Assembly: GCA_002633005.1 (NCBI GenBank)
Contig: NMRA01000374.1
Location: 120,724 to 184,723 of the forward strand
Length of the DNA stretch: 64,000 bases
Source of the DNA: Phoronis australis
Taxonomy: Eukaryota; Animalia; Phoronida
Direction of reading: 5' to 3'
The notes under the pieces are model-generated. The model was given only the letters and a program-made list of their open reading frames with translations. It had not been told where the DNA came from and searched no databases. Position numbers and translations under genes: made by a program. Shown piece by piece: positions 39,147 to 53,774 of this stretch (within the stretch, counting starts at the first letter, position 1; each line of letters opens with the position of its first letter).

Positions 39147-41035
39147 CAGTAAAGTCGCGCGATTTTCGTACACTGAAAATTAATTCCAATTGAAAAACTC
39201 ATTCTTGGACGAATCTCGCGAAACAACATTTTTGTGGTGTCCGAATTTGGCGGACCTCCAAATTTGGGTTTCCGCTAGTGTCCGAACCGAATTTCCTGTG
39301 TGTACATTATTTCGATGAGCGGTCGTAGTATCAACATTGCTGGATCGGTCATTTGGTAGCAGTTTAATTGCAGGTCAATGAGACTCAAATGGTCTGGGCT
39401 ATTAATTCCAGTGAAAACTGGCTTTCCCAATAAGAAATGTGCGCTGTCGACACACAAGGACCGTTTCCGACAAGTGTTGACTCTTCTTTTCAAAGATACG
39501 CTTTCTCAATATGAAATATTCGGCTTGCATTGCCGATGCTCAAAAACAGTTCTCGGCAAGTGACGGAATTTTTTCAAAACTGCGCTATCTCATTTGAAAT
39601 ATCGGGCTGCGTTGTGAAAAAAGAGCCTTCCTGGTGAAAAATATGGGCTTTCCAATGAGTGGGTCTAGTTTGCGTTGTTAACGCACATGAAACGTTGCAG
39701 ACAACTGATTCTCTTTTGTAAAAATGCGTTTTCGCAATCAAAAATGTCCAGTTTGCGTTCTCAACGCGTGGTTTCCCAAAAAAAGCCGGATTTGCGTATT
39801 CGAAGCACAAAGAGGGTTCCCGATCATCAAAGCCTGCGCTTTCTCAATTTTAACGAATTTTGCATTAAACGTAACAGTAATGGATGTGGGAACGAGTTCA
39901 ATGAAGAATATGATGAACAATGACGAGAACATAGTATATATTTATGTTTGTTGAACGTATCCATGGATTGTCTGCTCGTTACAAACCGAAACGCAAGTTT
40001 ACTCTGACACGTTTATTTCCATATTAACTGAAAGCTCAACTTCGAATGAACAATTACCCAAAATAGATTACAAAGACAATCATGGTAGTAAAATGAGTAG
40101 TTTCTCATCGACTCGTGATCCCCATTCGTCGTCCTGGTAGTCGTCTGAATTGTTGAAGAAGCGCTGTCGTTCTCCATGTTTAGGCCTACTGCACACGATG
40201 AGAATGCGTCGACTAGTACAGTGCTGCGCGGCTCAGAAGACGCGATTAACTAACATATTGTAAATATAAAGGCGTTGTCTAGAAAGCGAATGCAATTTCA
40301 AATGCTACCAACATCAAATTCACCCAACCGTTTTTTACAATTAAAACCTTTCTCATCCACAGCCTCTGAAACGCCCGATGTTAATTCTGTGATACACTGG
40401 CGCGTCTTCAAGCAACTGAGGTGACTTAACATACTTGGGTTCGCTTACTTTTTTAACCACAGTGAAAACTCTGACTTGTGAAATCTGTTAGTGGATGAAA
40501 TGAAACTGATAATTGTTAACATTTTCTGATAATCTGCGTGGAAGATAACAGGGCCGTTTCTTCTGGTCGTCACCAGTTTAGCACCGTCCACGGTCGTCAC
40601 CAATTTCGTGAAGCTCAGTATCCCTCAGTCNGGCTCCCTGCTGCACACCAATGTCGATTTTTGTGCCACTAATTCTAAGGGAGTCTGCTAGGTGCACCCC
40701 CCTGCTAAGACCGTTGTTGCGCACGTTGATACGATAGGCTACTGGGCAGATCACGACTGTTAGAAGAATTGACCAGTGACGACCTGATTTGAGACAGCGT
40801 GAACTCATGAATGACGTAAACCACGCAATTCAAGATCTGGTTTACTATTTTTATACTTAATTTTCTTTCTTAATATATACTTAACCAATTACAATCCATC
40901 TATGTCGACCGTTTTCATTTTATTGCGTCATATATTTGCTACAGTTACGGAAAATAGTTCTTGCCACAGGTCTCTGCTGATGGACACTACACACTTCTGA
41001 AAACATTTAAAGTATGAACAGTCGCGAGTTTACTG
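39147..41035. mobile_element. Possible old Tc1/mariner-pogo-like element
   Basis: TA-CAGTAAAGTCGCGCGATTTTCGTAC vs GTATGAACAGTCGCGAGTTTACTG; imperfect TIR, right-hand TA missing. Confidence 0.35.
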
Positions 41036-41170
41036 AAGTCTCATTATAAGTACAGAAATGTTGTTGAAGAATAACAGTGACTATCTGAAAAGGTGAATAC
41101 ATGACAAAATGAAATATAGAAACACCAAACAAAAATCAAAACACACTTACCTCTTGCAATAACGCCTTAA

Positions 41171-44100
41171 GAGCACGTCCACGAAGGGACCAGGCAAAAA
41201 GTGATAAAGGCTATGTCACAGATTTCCTCAATTGTTTGCATGATGGTAGGGGTTGATGCACCAACCTTCATAGCCACATTAATTTTTTGCGTGCGCTACC
41301 TTGTGGTTGCTATGGGAACGTGCTTTTTTTCTTCCAATTCCAAGCCTCGTTACAGCTACATTTTGGCACTTTTTGCGAACTTACTTTGAGAACAATAGTG
41401 CAAAATGAAACACTTCAAGCTTATCACTGAATTGAGGTGTCTTTCAACTTGCCAGTCATAGAAAATATAACGGTTTCAGTTACATCTTAGCCGTTGCTGA
41501 AGGCTACCAGTTTAGCTAGTTTGTGGTGATTCCAAATTGTGGAAAATTGCCCTATTTCCTGCCTCAATATCTCAGCTGAAGCCAAGTTTAAAACAACAAA
41601 ACTACAACCAGTGTTTAGATTGATCTTAGCTATAAAAATAAAACCATAAAAGGTCTAGGCAATTAACCTTCTTCATACCGCATCGGGCTCTAGAAGTAGG
41701 GCACCTCACCAAAATTGTGCAACTGGCCAATGTCTGCACAGTAACAAATGTATGCGAGGATTCAAAATACAGTTTTGAAATCTTAAAATAGGCTATGGAA
41801 CATATCAAGAAAGCTTTGATTTTGATACTTTACAGAAAAGAATGAGAAGCACAACAAGGCACGTTGGTTTCCTTTGACCCTGACGATAACGCTGCCAATA
41901 GAATGTGCATATACTCACCGTTTCAAAATGCATTATGGTTGAGTAAAAAATCAATAAAGTAAGTCTTCAGTTATACATAACTGCGATCTCGAATTCTGAA
42001 ATTTTAATGTGTGGGTGTGATTGAAATTTAGTTTTCTAATTTTCTCGAAGTCGGTTGATCGTGTCCCGACGCCTCTCAATTCAACGAATTTTATAAAAAA
42101 CAATAACAGGTGTATTGGGCCGGAAGGAGACAACTGCATCTCCATACAGTGTATATCACCAAACCCGAACAAATCAGACAGTAAAGTAGTTAGTCATAAA
42201 AAAGAGATATATTGAAATGGTATGGGATAAATGCTGTGAAATGAGGTTAGAAAAACTGATCTTAAGGACAGTCGACTACCGGTGAAATTGGCGTTGTTGA
42301 ATAACTTTTCTTACGCTTCTCATTCGGGAAAGTCCCCGAACAGCACACGCCCAGATGTGCATATGGATGTCTGAATATTCTCGCATTATGGACACCAATG
42401 TTTTTTTTAGTTTTTACCGACAACACATAGAATGATGTATTTGCGGAAGGTTCGTAGACATTTTCATAAAAAACACAGGAAACCGAGTACCTCACAGGCA
42501 AGATAGCAGAAGTCAGTTCAGATGTTTTTTTGCATCTATCACAGTTTCAATGGCGGATTCCGGGAGGGGGCCAAGGGGGCAATGCCCCCTAAAATTCTCC
42601 CAGATACCATTTGTCAGTTCGGGGTGCGAATTGCTGACTAGCATATGCGCGCACCCAGAGGGCTCCGGGGGCGAATGCACAATGCAATGGCCTTGAACAA
42701 ACCCCGTTTACCTGATTTTCTTAGTAATAAGGTCCACAAACCCAAAAATTCGAGACCCCTACATCCCTACATTTTAGGGTGAGCGCGCGGATGTGGCGAA
42801 ATTCTGTGCCCTGCCCCCCTACTCAAAATCCTGGATCCGCCCGAGTTTAGTATGGTTACGCAATGGTGTTTCGTGGTTGACATCAGTCAGACTCCAAAAA
42901 TTCAGAAGTCTCGAGACTAATACATGTAGTGTCAACTACTTCATTGAAAAATCATAAGACAATGCATGTGCAGCAAAACGAAAATAAAATACACAAACAA
43001 ACTGCATATAGGTGAACTTGGGTAATCCTGCAAAAAGATTTTGGAACAAAGTTGGTCAATACTTAGAAACTGTCCTGATTTAAATTCTTGTTTATTATGT
43101 TACACATAGAGATCCAGCAGAGCAGGTTATACTGTACATATGTAGCAAAACGATAAGATAGCCAAACAATAAACAAGCACAAAAGTAGTTTAGAGAATAG
43201 TAATACTATATTGAGGCTGACACAGGACACAGGCAAATTACACGACATAAATCAAGTAAATAGAAAAGAACAAATGTGGTTACAGTTACAAAATGCGAGC
43301 AAATTAGGTGTACAATGAAACACCTTTAGTCAGCACAGATGACACGTCACGAAATGGAAATAGCATTTTGTCTGACTACTTTTGACATATTGTATTTCAA
43401 ATGTCTCCGAGTCTTGTATACATGAAATGTGCTACTGTGACAATTCCATTGACTCGACAATCTTTTGTCACAGTTCAAATCGACGGTCTTCCTCAGCGAT
43501 TCTTTTCATTCCAAAGGCATCAAACTGTGCGAGTTTCCCAGAATGATTGAATGCTGATAAACGGCAAAATATTTAATCTGCTGAGGTGACAGACATTCTT
43601 CAGAACATCGCTATTACCAGGAGCAATACAATCATGGGTTACAGATAATGCTTTGCTGGCTTTTTGTTTGTAATATCGCTAGGACCTTTCGGCAAATCCA
43701 TCGATGTCAGTTAGAAGCTGGGTCCAGGGTTGATTCTTAAATCAGATGCAGCAGTGAGAAACTGATTCTACTTATGGATCTTTGGCAAAGGCGTGGGCAG
43801 CCATAATGATAGTTGGTCCCACTTGTTTCTACTTGAAAAATTTGCCTGTAAATATTACAATTATATGCAACTTAATCCGTAAATAGCCTTTCCCCAAAGA
43901 ATTTATTTTCACCATTCAAAATAGCTTGGAAAGATGGCCACTCATATATGCATGCAACCCTCATTGTGTGCAAGCAGCACTCAAAACAAAAGGTGTCGTC
44001 AATTAATCAAAATGTAAGTTCACTACTAAAACCTGGAAAACCATCATTTTTGATATATAGCATTGCCACGGCTTCGAAATGCCATGAAGTTAAGACAAGA

Positions 44101-46789
44101 TCCAGCACTCTTCATGCCACGATGCTGATTGAGAAAATTTTATGTTTTAGTACATGATTTTCAGGCTAAAAGGAATACAATTGCATCTTCAATATTTTTA
44201 GCTAATGCACCTTTCAAAGTTTGCCTCAGTGGTCACTAAAACAACCCGGAGCAACTATAAAAATCCTGTTATGGCCTATTTGGAGTACCTAAGCTTTCAT
44301 TACAAGCAGTCTTCCCTCTCAGAGGAATTTTCAAATGTTGACAGTTGTGGTGAAATAACTGGCACAGAATTAAACAGATTGTGCACTTATGAACATAGCT
44401 CTTCACCATAAACATAGTTCAAGGTCTGTTAACGCTATCCATTGACTCACAAGCTCTGACCCAAACTCGCAAAACATAACTTATTCACCCAAAAATTGCA
44501 GTGCGTGGAGCCAAATCCACTTTGTCTGAGAGACACGGTTGACAAGACAGTAAATACAGCACACATACAAAGTGTTTTGTCTGCAAATACAAGGACAGTG
44601 TTACAGTCCATTAGTAATGTTTCCTAGCAGATGAGTTAGTGAGACTGTCACCACTTTTTGAGTCAATGCGCAGTTTACAAGCCTACCATCCCTGTTTATA
44701 TTGAGGCAATTTACAAACCTTGTAGTTACATACTCCTGTAACTATGGACAACTTACTCAGTAAAACTTCCGAGACGCAAAATTCACTGAATGCATGGCAT
44801 TTTTATTTGTCTACGAGGTTTATAAGCAACCACAATACAACTGAAATAAAAATCTACTACAACTACTGTTTTGTGATCATTAAATGTTGATGCACTTAAT
44901 CCGGGAACCAAGAATCTCAGAAAAAGGTTTTGTGCAACGACACTCCAATTCATTAACTAACTACTTACTAGTACTCTTTCTGTAGAAAGCTCAACAACAG
45001 TGGCTAATTTCTTTGGTAAACGCTTACAATTTCTGCATAGACCTGCGATAGAATTTTATGGAAAGTATGCATAACAGAACTACCAATAGAATGCTGTATT
45101 TTGAATCCCCAAATGTTTTCCCCAGTCTTATTCTTGAGGTTGAATGCTTCAGGTATTAGGGACCTTAACGGTTTTAAAACTTTAGTCATGTTAATTAAAT
45201 TAGGCCCCATTGTAATGGGATTCCACTGCATATTTGGAAAATTATGTATCTCTGGTTACACAGATAGAGCAATGTGACCAGGTGTACAGGTGAATTAGAT
45301 GAGAAATTGGTGTCAGCTAGGAGACAAGGGCTCGATTAAATCTTTTGATAATGGACACCAAATTTCCACTTTTTACACATGCGTATTCATAAAATGGAAT
45401 GTATTTCAACAAATCCTAAATATTGAGATAAAGTGAATATTTTACTAATACAAGTCAGTACTGGAAGAAGTTACTAAAATTACTCTAGTACTCGAGTGTC
45501 GCTTTACTTCATGCAGGGTTGTGCCCTTCCTGGCGACTGCAGTCAGAATCTAGTTGAGAAAGCAAATGTAATGAAGTCGTAATCAACAGTTATAGAGTAA
45601 AGATGACCTGAAGCTGCATAACAACTTACCTGACCCAACTGGAATCGATACATTCTGTTCTTCCAGAAATTCTTTGTTGACTGCATTTCCACTTACATTC
45701 CAAGCTCAAGCTTGGCCTTGGGCTTAGAGCCTTTCATATACTTTTACTTGGCCTCCATCTTGGGGGGGGGGGGCAAAACTGTTGTAAACAAGCCCACTCT
45801 GACCCTGGCAAGAATCAGCTGCCACTTTCAGTTTCAGCACTTCCACTGTCAATGAACGGGACCGGGTCGGTGACTTTAACATATTTCAAATGGCTTGCTA
45901 TGGACTTGCTGCAATCAGTTAGTGCTTCAGTTGCTTGCTGCATGGTTTCGATATTCCTTTGAAGCTCCATAAACCAGATTTGAAGGACTGTGCCAACGAA
46001 CACACTATATTAACTACTTTCACCACCTCATCAGCCATTTCTTCTTCAGTCATATCAGAGACACCTGAAGGGCTCTTCATCACAATGGTAATTCACAGTA
46101 AAAAAAGAAAACAAAAAATACTAATTTTATTGAATTTTTTTGGTAAGCAATAAGCCCAATAATTTAACAACCATTTGAGCACTTTCAAATCTCAAAACTC
46201 AACATTTTCGATGACTAGTAGCTATTGTCACAAGTGCTCACTTTGGCTGAGGTGGCTGCAAACAATTGATCATTACTATATGAAGACATGTGTTTGCCGG
46301 TGGTTTTGATGCCAAATATCTATTTTACTAAGAAAGATCAAATCCACAGTTAAGTTTCAAAGTGTAAAATTTGGCTTCAACTGAGATTGACTCATTCAAA
46401 CCTAGGCAAGTTATCCATGTTTTCTGCTTGTATGACCCCATGACCCTTCAAACCCGGAAGTTAAGGTGCAACTTGACACTTTTATTTTTCATTTCTACGA
46501 AGACAATGGATGACTTTATACAAAACAGTAGCTATTTCATTTTCTAATAGCTTCTGTAATTACTTACAATGTCACAAAAACTGTGATTATTGGGGTAAGT
46601 TCTGATAGGGGTTTTCAGTGAAAACTGAGGTACCCGACTTTTAAGCTACCTAACGCGATAGAATTTGTTTAATGTGCATTTTAGTAATTACCATAAGAAA
46701 TTAAACAAAAATACATATGATCCAAATCCATCACATAGGAATTATCACCCCTGTGTGGATTTTTGCCTGGTCTGGAGTGTACTGCACTC
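41171..46789. mobile_element. Sola3-like (GAG..CTC, TTAA) element, longer copy 2, in intron 1 of the discoidin gene
   Basis: TTAA-GAGCACGTCC...CTGCACTC-TTAA; high similarity to 17552-21080 with extra blocks at ~41900-42050, 43650-43777 and 44678-46510. Confidence 0.75.
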
Positions 46790-48149
46790 TTAAACGGGAA
46801 CGTACTGACCAACTTGCATGAACGGAATGTTAGATGAACGTGTTAGTAGAACAAAACTGTCTCAATGAAATTTTCATGGTTTATAGGTTTAAGAAGATCC
46901 ACCGTAGATTTCCGTATACAAGTCCAGCAGAATGTATAATAAAAATGCGTGCTTGAAATCAAAAAATAATGCTATTCCCACTAGGATATAATTAGGGTGA
47001 GCTACAGTACTTATAATGTATTCGTGTATTCGGCATTGCTGAGTATAGGCCCCGGTGTATTTTTACATAAGACGTTTGGTTTCCCGAACTTATATACGGA
47101 AATCGCTGGTAATACTTCCCAAAATTATTTACCCTTGCTGCAAGTAAGGCATCACCTCGGGCAAAATAATAATTAGCATTATAACAGTCATCTCTTTCGA
47201 ATCAAACATTAAATACACTTACAGCTGAAATGCCTCCAAAACTATCTTAAGTAATACAAAAAGTATTGCCTAGTCGAGTTCTCAACAAGCAGCGCTTTAC
47301 GAAAACAAACTGGCATGACTGATGGACTGAAGTGTAAATGTGGTCTCTTGTACAGACAAATCGGTGCTTAAAATTTATGTTCAGGAAATGTGAAGCCTAG
47401 GAATTGTGATTGCGCCTTAATTTTCGGAATGCATCTTTCTACTGCCGATGACTTTGTTTACGACAGTGTCCTGTATTCATATGGTATGAATAACACACCG
47501 GATAAATCGGCCAGATATGTGTTTATTGTACATGTATGTGCTTCAAGCACGCGGTTACTAAACATCACTGCACAAACAAAATAGTTGAAGCGACGCCACT
47601 TGCATGACAATGCTAAAAAACGTTCACAGTCCGCCATTTTTTCACGGTGTTGTAAAGATAACCAGTGACTGCCGAGGTTACATCGACCAATGCTAAAGCG
47701 CGTGCCACTGGGCTAAGCACGATGGGAACCAGCGAGGTATAAGTCCATGACATATGCATGTGCCAAGAAATACCTGTAGAGAGTGTAACAAGGGGAATAA
47801 TCCCTTGGGAATACAGTCATGGAATACAATGTGAATTACGCCATTGAATACCGTAAGAGCCAATTCAGTGGACGATATTTTAATTACAGTATACAAGTAT
47901 ACATTGTTTTGACTAGCTAACTTGGTACATGCGATCAACTTCAGTTTTGCGGTAGCGATTTGAATGAAACAATTCCTCGCGCTGTTCAAGCCTCGTTCCA
48001 GTGAGATAGTAATACACCGGTTCTATAAGAGCAGTTTATCGTTCATTAGGAATTCAAGGTACGGAATGCACAACTGATTAAAATGTATGCTCCCTAGAGA
48101 CGAGTGATGTTCCATTAGCCAATCAAAAGTGACCATATACAGCGTACAA

Positions 48150-48276
48150 TTGTTGATTTCTACCGAGGTCAAAATGTTGGTTTACAGACCCCAAACGTGA
48201 TAATAACCCAGGCGTTATTGCATTTTGGGTCTGAAAACCAACATGCTAACCGAGTGTGAAATTCAGTAACTGTTTT
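48150..48276. repeat. Palindromic core, possibly of a Crypton-type MITE
   Basis: ATGTTGGTTTACAGACCCCAAA ... TTTTGGGTCTGAAAACCAACATG inverted repeat. Confidence 0.4.
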
Positions 48277-49043
48277 ATCGCATAATTGCATTTTGTAAGT
48301 ACTTTATGCAAATAGGCTATGGTTGGGACTTTGATTGCTTGTCAATTACTCGTTCAGCTAGAAGTTTTTTTCATAAAAATATTATCGAGAAAAATGCTTT
48401 TGGATGGTACAAAAATCGATGATATTTTGGAAAGGATATCTAGTTTGCAGTCATTCAGAGAATTTTTTTACAAAACAATGAGCAATCATTACTTAGTTCA
48501 ATCAATGCGATTATAAGCTGCCTATCGTCCATTTCTTCGACCTGACCTCCCTATGCACCAGTTCAGGAAGGATTCCGTGAAGGGAAGGGCAATCCCTTTT
48601 AATGTAATTCTTATTGAGATTTCCTGGCTATCCTAGTTAACTACATTTCACTGATTGGTCTGCAGTGAACGGGAAATGCTGGATCCGGCTACCATAAAAA
48701 CACAACTACAGACATGTATTGATGCTGATCTTGTCTTTTCATTTGGACGCTGCTGTGAGTGTTCACACGCTAGTAGCATTGAGTATCTATAGTGAATGCA
48801 ACTCGCGACGCTTCACGTTTTAAAAAAATAGAATGTGGAAGTCAGACTTCAAATCATAACAGCTTTTTACTTTCAGAAAATATATGCCTTCATTGAGTTA
48901 ACAGTTTCGTGGATATTTGGGTAAATACATAGACTAGTCGTCAAGCTATAAGCTTTCTTAAATGAATAGCAACAATAACCTGATTGCTGTTTCGGTGAAG
49001 AGAATTATAGACCTCCTGTGCACTATTTGTTTTGAAATTACAG

Positions 49044-49419
49044 ATCTCTGCAAGAACAGAACGGAATGTTGCAAATTGAGGATATCGATGCCTACCCGTG
49101 CACCAAACTGCTCGTCTCGGGGGATCAACCCATACCTGACCACAGCATAAGGGTGTCGAGCTCTCTGAACTCAAATATGGGACCAAGTAGGGCTCGTATA
49201 TATAGAACTAAAAATGAATCGGAAAGCGGAGGGTGGATTCCGGAAGTATTGAATCATGATCATTGGATACTGTTTGACCTTGGTCAGGTTAGAAATGTGA
49301 CAGGGATTGTGACTAAAGGAGATTCAGCAGAAAGCGAGAATTTTGTTACTTCGTATATGATAGGGTACAAGAAAAACGGAGTTTGGGCATATTTGACTGA
49401 CGAAAGTGGCTCGTTTAAG
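49044..49419 (+). CDS. Exon 2: F5/8 type C (discoidin) domain, N-terminal part
   Basis: Acceptor TTACAG|A; C...L...IPD..I..SS...ARI...GGW.P...WILFDLG..RNVTGIVTKG...FVTSY.I.Y; donor AAG|GTAAAT (phase 0). Confidence 0.9.
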
Positions 49420-52400
49420 GTAAATATCGTCTTGTTTGGATTCTACAACACATGTCTTCTTGTTCTGCATTCTTCATAAATTACTTAAAACACGGCCTTT
49501 ACATCACGTCTAACTTCTGCGTTTTATTCATTTGACCATAGACTTTAGAACATGGACCACCAACTTCGTACACTTTCAATGGACGAAATTTGTGCTGTTT
49601 TGCACAAGCCGTTACGTCATTATTCACTAGGGTCACCTGGCCAAATTATCTGGTGTTATTTCTTGCGAGTACGTCGTCTGCTAATCATGGTCCGTAGCTG
49701 TGTGGCCGGGTGCTAGGCCACACAGGCGAAATATAAAGGCGTTAGCTTCCATAGCGTACGGAGACCCCATAATCGGCTGTGGGAGAAAAACCTTTCAAAA
49801 GATAGTGATTCACGAACCCTTGTCCTTACGAGGAACTTCAGCCATAGCCTAGTGTGCGAATTAACCAAATTCGTCATCTTCGCTGGCCCTAATAAAACGG
49901 TTACTATCTCAGCAGAATGCGCACATTTCGTCGGGATTGGATTGAATGCTGGTAAAACCTTTAACATCAGTAAAGCTCACATTAATAGTCCAGAAATAAC
50001 CAATTTGCCTTCCTGCAATCTATCAACGCAACTGAACGGCAGGTTACACACTCATTTCATGTCGAATACATGCCGCACAAAATCTCTACTAGACCATCTC
50101 AGCCAATTACATTGCAGTCTACAAATACAACCAACTTCTTTGCAAACATAGAACAGGACCACCAGAGGGGTGTAAAGGTTGTTTTTATTCTTCAATGTTA
50201 AATTTTTGTAAGAGGACAAATGATTTTTCAATTTCAGCCTTGAGTTCTACCATTTCCATACTTAAGCCTTTCAAACGAACAGTTATGACGAAAACAGTTT
50301 TGTAAAGTCCTGTGCCACCTCTAGGGTACATAATGAACCAATCCCGCTCCTAATGTAACAAAAGGATCCCTTGCATAAAGGATAACAAACATTGTCCTTC
50401 TGAAATATTACCGTATTCGCCCTAATAAGCGGCCAGGGCGCTTAGAAAAATTTGCTTCAGGAAGGGGGCGTTCATTATAGACCAAAAGTGGTTGAAACCA
50501 GGTCTCCGAAACAGGTGAAATCGTAAGCTAGAACTCATCAAATTTACGCTCTATGACGCACCTGTAACCTATGACAGAGCTTCTACAAAATTGCAGTTTA
50601 TTGCTATTTTGTTGCTAACTTAAGAGCATTTTTCAGAAAATCCCACTCCCAAAAATTGCTGTGACTCAGGTTTCAAGCTCCTCAGCTCTGTTTAACTACA
50701 TATTAATAAACCGTAAATATGGTTCCAAGTGATCAGTGCAATGGGCCCACATATGCTGCTTGCTCACGTCTGGTAAAACGTGTATAATACCGCCTGCAAT
50801 TATTTTTATGCAGCTCCTGATTTAAACAAGAGCCTCACTTTTTTAATTTTGGTCCGATATCAATAACGCCAAAGACCTGGAAGTCCAGCGAAACACTTCT
50901 ACCTTACAAATGTGGCAATCCCTAGTCTCAGAAAATTTGAGCATCCGGCAAAAGATGCTAATGATGAAATTCCGGTGATGGTAATCACCGACTTTGTTTA
51001 TTTACTTCACCTACAAAATTTAAAATAGTTGGTAAAATGAAGCCCATTCGAGTAAGCACCATGTGGTCCCTAAGCCCCAACAAGCTCAAGTTGCGGTAAA
51101 ATCAGGATGGGCATAAATAAGGAAATTTAGTGTATCAACAGATTGGCCAAAATAATAAGAATGAGATACAAAGTGTTCCTACAGTGCACACGTGCACGAT
51201 ACTTGGTCTATCATTTTCCCGCCGTAAGTGCAGAAGCAATCAGATCACCAAATGCGCAAAGTTTTCGAAAACAGCTCGATTCTTAGGGAGTCCTGGTACT
51301 GCTCTATTTATTTTTCAAAACTTTATTGTGTTACATTTAACTTATTTTCTGTTCAACTCAATGAGGCCACTTAATATGAATGCATTCAACACGATTAATG
51401 CATTGCAAAAACCAAAAGTAATGCTCTATCAATGTTCGACAAAATCAGTACACCCCTTTCTTAAAAAATGGGTTCAAAGTTAAAAGGTTAAAAGGTTAAA
51501 ACACAAGTTTCCATCATTAACGAGTCAATTTATGACAAATAGCCAACCAACCCACAAGAAATTGCAACAAAAGGTTTTACAGTGGTTTTATGCTCTACTG
51601 GCCATGTTGATGAACAGGAAAAAGTCTACAACGTTTCGAAATCACTAAAATAGATGTAATTTCTTCAATAATTGTGATAGAGACAAAGTTTTTGGTTCTA
51701 GTCTATGGTTTTAAGGGGTGAGCAACTTACTGGTGTGGTTAATATTAAGATTCGATCTGTATTTTATATGAAATTCAGAAATGCAGAAGTGCATTTTTTA
51801 ATCCGAACAAAATTAAAAGTTTTCTAAAACAAAAACGTTATATAAATAACTTTTGCATTCACATGTACTCCTTACAATTTTTGCACAAAAATGTTTTTGT
51901 GGTTTTCTCAGTATGTGAACCATGAATCACAAACTGTCCGATTGTGCACGCAGACGACATAATCAGTCGCCACCGAAGTTTTGAATTTTGTAATTAACTA
52001 CCAGTAGCATTGCCAAAAGTACTCACGATACCAACTCCTCTACTATTTTAAGACTTTGTACATCGTTTCAATGCCGAAATCATTATTTTTTCCTTGTGCT
52101 GGACAGTAAAGTAGATGCGAGAATTTCCCGCCAATATACACTAACCGGAAACTGCACCAGATAATTTAGGAGAGTGGCGGCGCCTCTTGGCTAGCACGGA
52201 AGAAAATGTCGGAGCTTCGAATATGTTGTCTCTAATTCATGATTTTACATGAGCCAACTTTGGCCACAGATTCAGAAAACACAGCCAATAGTTACTAAAA
52301 ATGTTATCAAACGCCCATTCTCCTTATCATATACGTATACATGTACATACATACGGTTTTGAAACTGAGAATGCTCACCTTTGACATCAAGGTAGCCAGC

Positions 52401-53709
52401 CAGCCAGCTGTATGAAGACTGTCGTCAAAATACAGCTAGGTACCACTGAGTGCATTTCTTCCGTAGACCCCGAAATTGCATACAGCGGGGTAGTTCTGTT
52501 CGTCACCTTGCCGTGAAACTTGTATCAACATACGTGTACAAATCTCAAAACCGGACGGGGTGCATGCTTAACCTGGGAGTCAACCGACACTCACCTTGCC
52601 CATTACAGGCGTTTAAATGAAAAACAATGCAATAAACCTCATTTCCTTGCGTAACTTTCCGCCTTTTCTAACAATGAAAAGTCGTCGTTTTGAAAAAAAT
52701 ACGCTCGTGTCACGAGCACGCGCCATTTCCTAAATTTTTGCGACATCTCTCGGAAGATGATGATACCTTGTAAGCAGCAAAATTTCATCTAACATTTGTT
52801 TTTTCGCTATAATGAAGTGAAACCAGTTCTGATAATTTGTTGTGATGTGTACGCAACCTCGTGAAAGAAGAACAGCTGATTGAAGAATCGGCGACTGAAA
52901 AGATACTGACCAATAGGTGGCGCAATATATCATGGCGCCGAAAGCCGTCCCTAAAGATCGCTCCACAACTCTAGCAACAGAATTACGGTAGAACGCCATT
53001 TTTTCCAACACAGTTAAATAAAAACACAAAACGTACCGACAGTGGCGTACATGAAGTAATATCTCAAGAGACATTATTCCGCGTATGGACTGAGACCGAA
53101 TGTATTTATCCAATACGCTACGAATTCCTAAGTTTCTTGTATTTTTGGCAGATTCTTTAAATACTTCACCCAGACTGTTCACATGAAGGATCACATCCTA
53201 TATGTATGTATGTACTTGCGCGTTAGGTTGCAAGTTTTCTCTTGTAAAAGAAACAGTTTTAAAAGTAACGATTTATTTCTTGAAAAGAGGTAACAAAGAT
53301 GAATCGTCGCCTGAGTTGCAGACGATATAGTATTCAGCAATTGAAAACTGAGAGATAAGTGTCATATAATTAACAGTTTTGTTTCAGGTTTTACGTTTAG
53401 GGCCTGGTTGCATGTCGAGTGTTAGTTACACTGCTGCATTTGTATTACTTTAAACTATATTCGGAAAGTTTGATGATCGAACCTGCTGAAGACGTCGAGT
53501 CGACATTGAACTACCTTTTGAACTTTCCATGTCAGAGGTCACTGTTGAAGTAATGCGGGAGGGAAAACTTTATTACATGACCGTATTTCCCTCGACAGAT
53601 TCAACGCGTATGGGATAATTTTGTTTACTCAAAGAAGACTAGTTTTTGACACTAATTTTGTGCCAGATTTTATCTTACCACTTTTTAACCCACATCGGAG
53701 CAAACTGTA

Positions 53710-53711
<2 letters not shown>

Positions 53712-53770
<59 letters not shown>
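53712..53770. repeat. (TA)n microsatellite
   Basis: ~29 TA units. Confidence 0.95.

Positions 53771-53774
<4 letters not shown>

Noticed and set aside
48714-48760. Alternative first exon for the discoidin gene (ATG TAT TGA TGC TGA...CT|GTGAGT) suggesting selenocysteine readthrough
   Set aside because: Two stops in the phase-compatible frame and no SECIS recognised; the 32108 exon gives a clean signal peptide with the correct phase.
50409-50445. TA-CCGTATTCGCCCTAATAAG Tc1/pogo-like TIR
   Set aside because: No partner TIR found, so boundaries cannot be supported.
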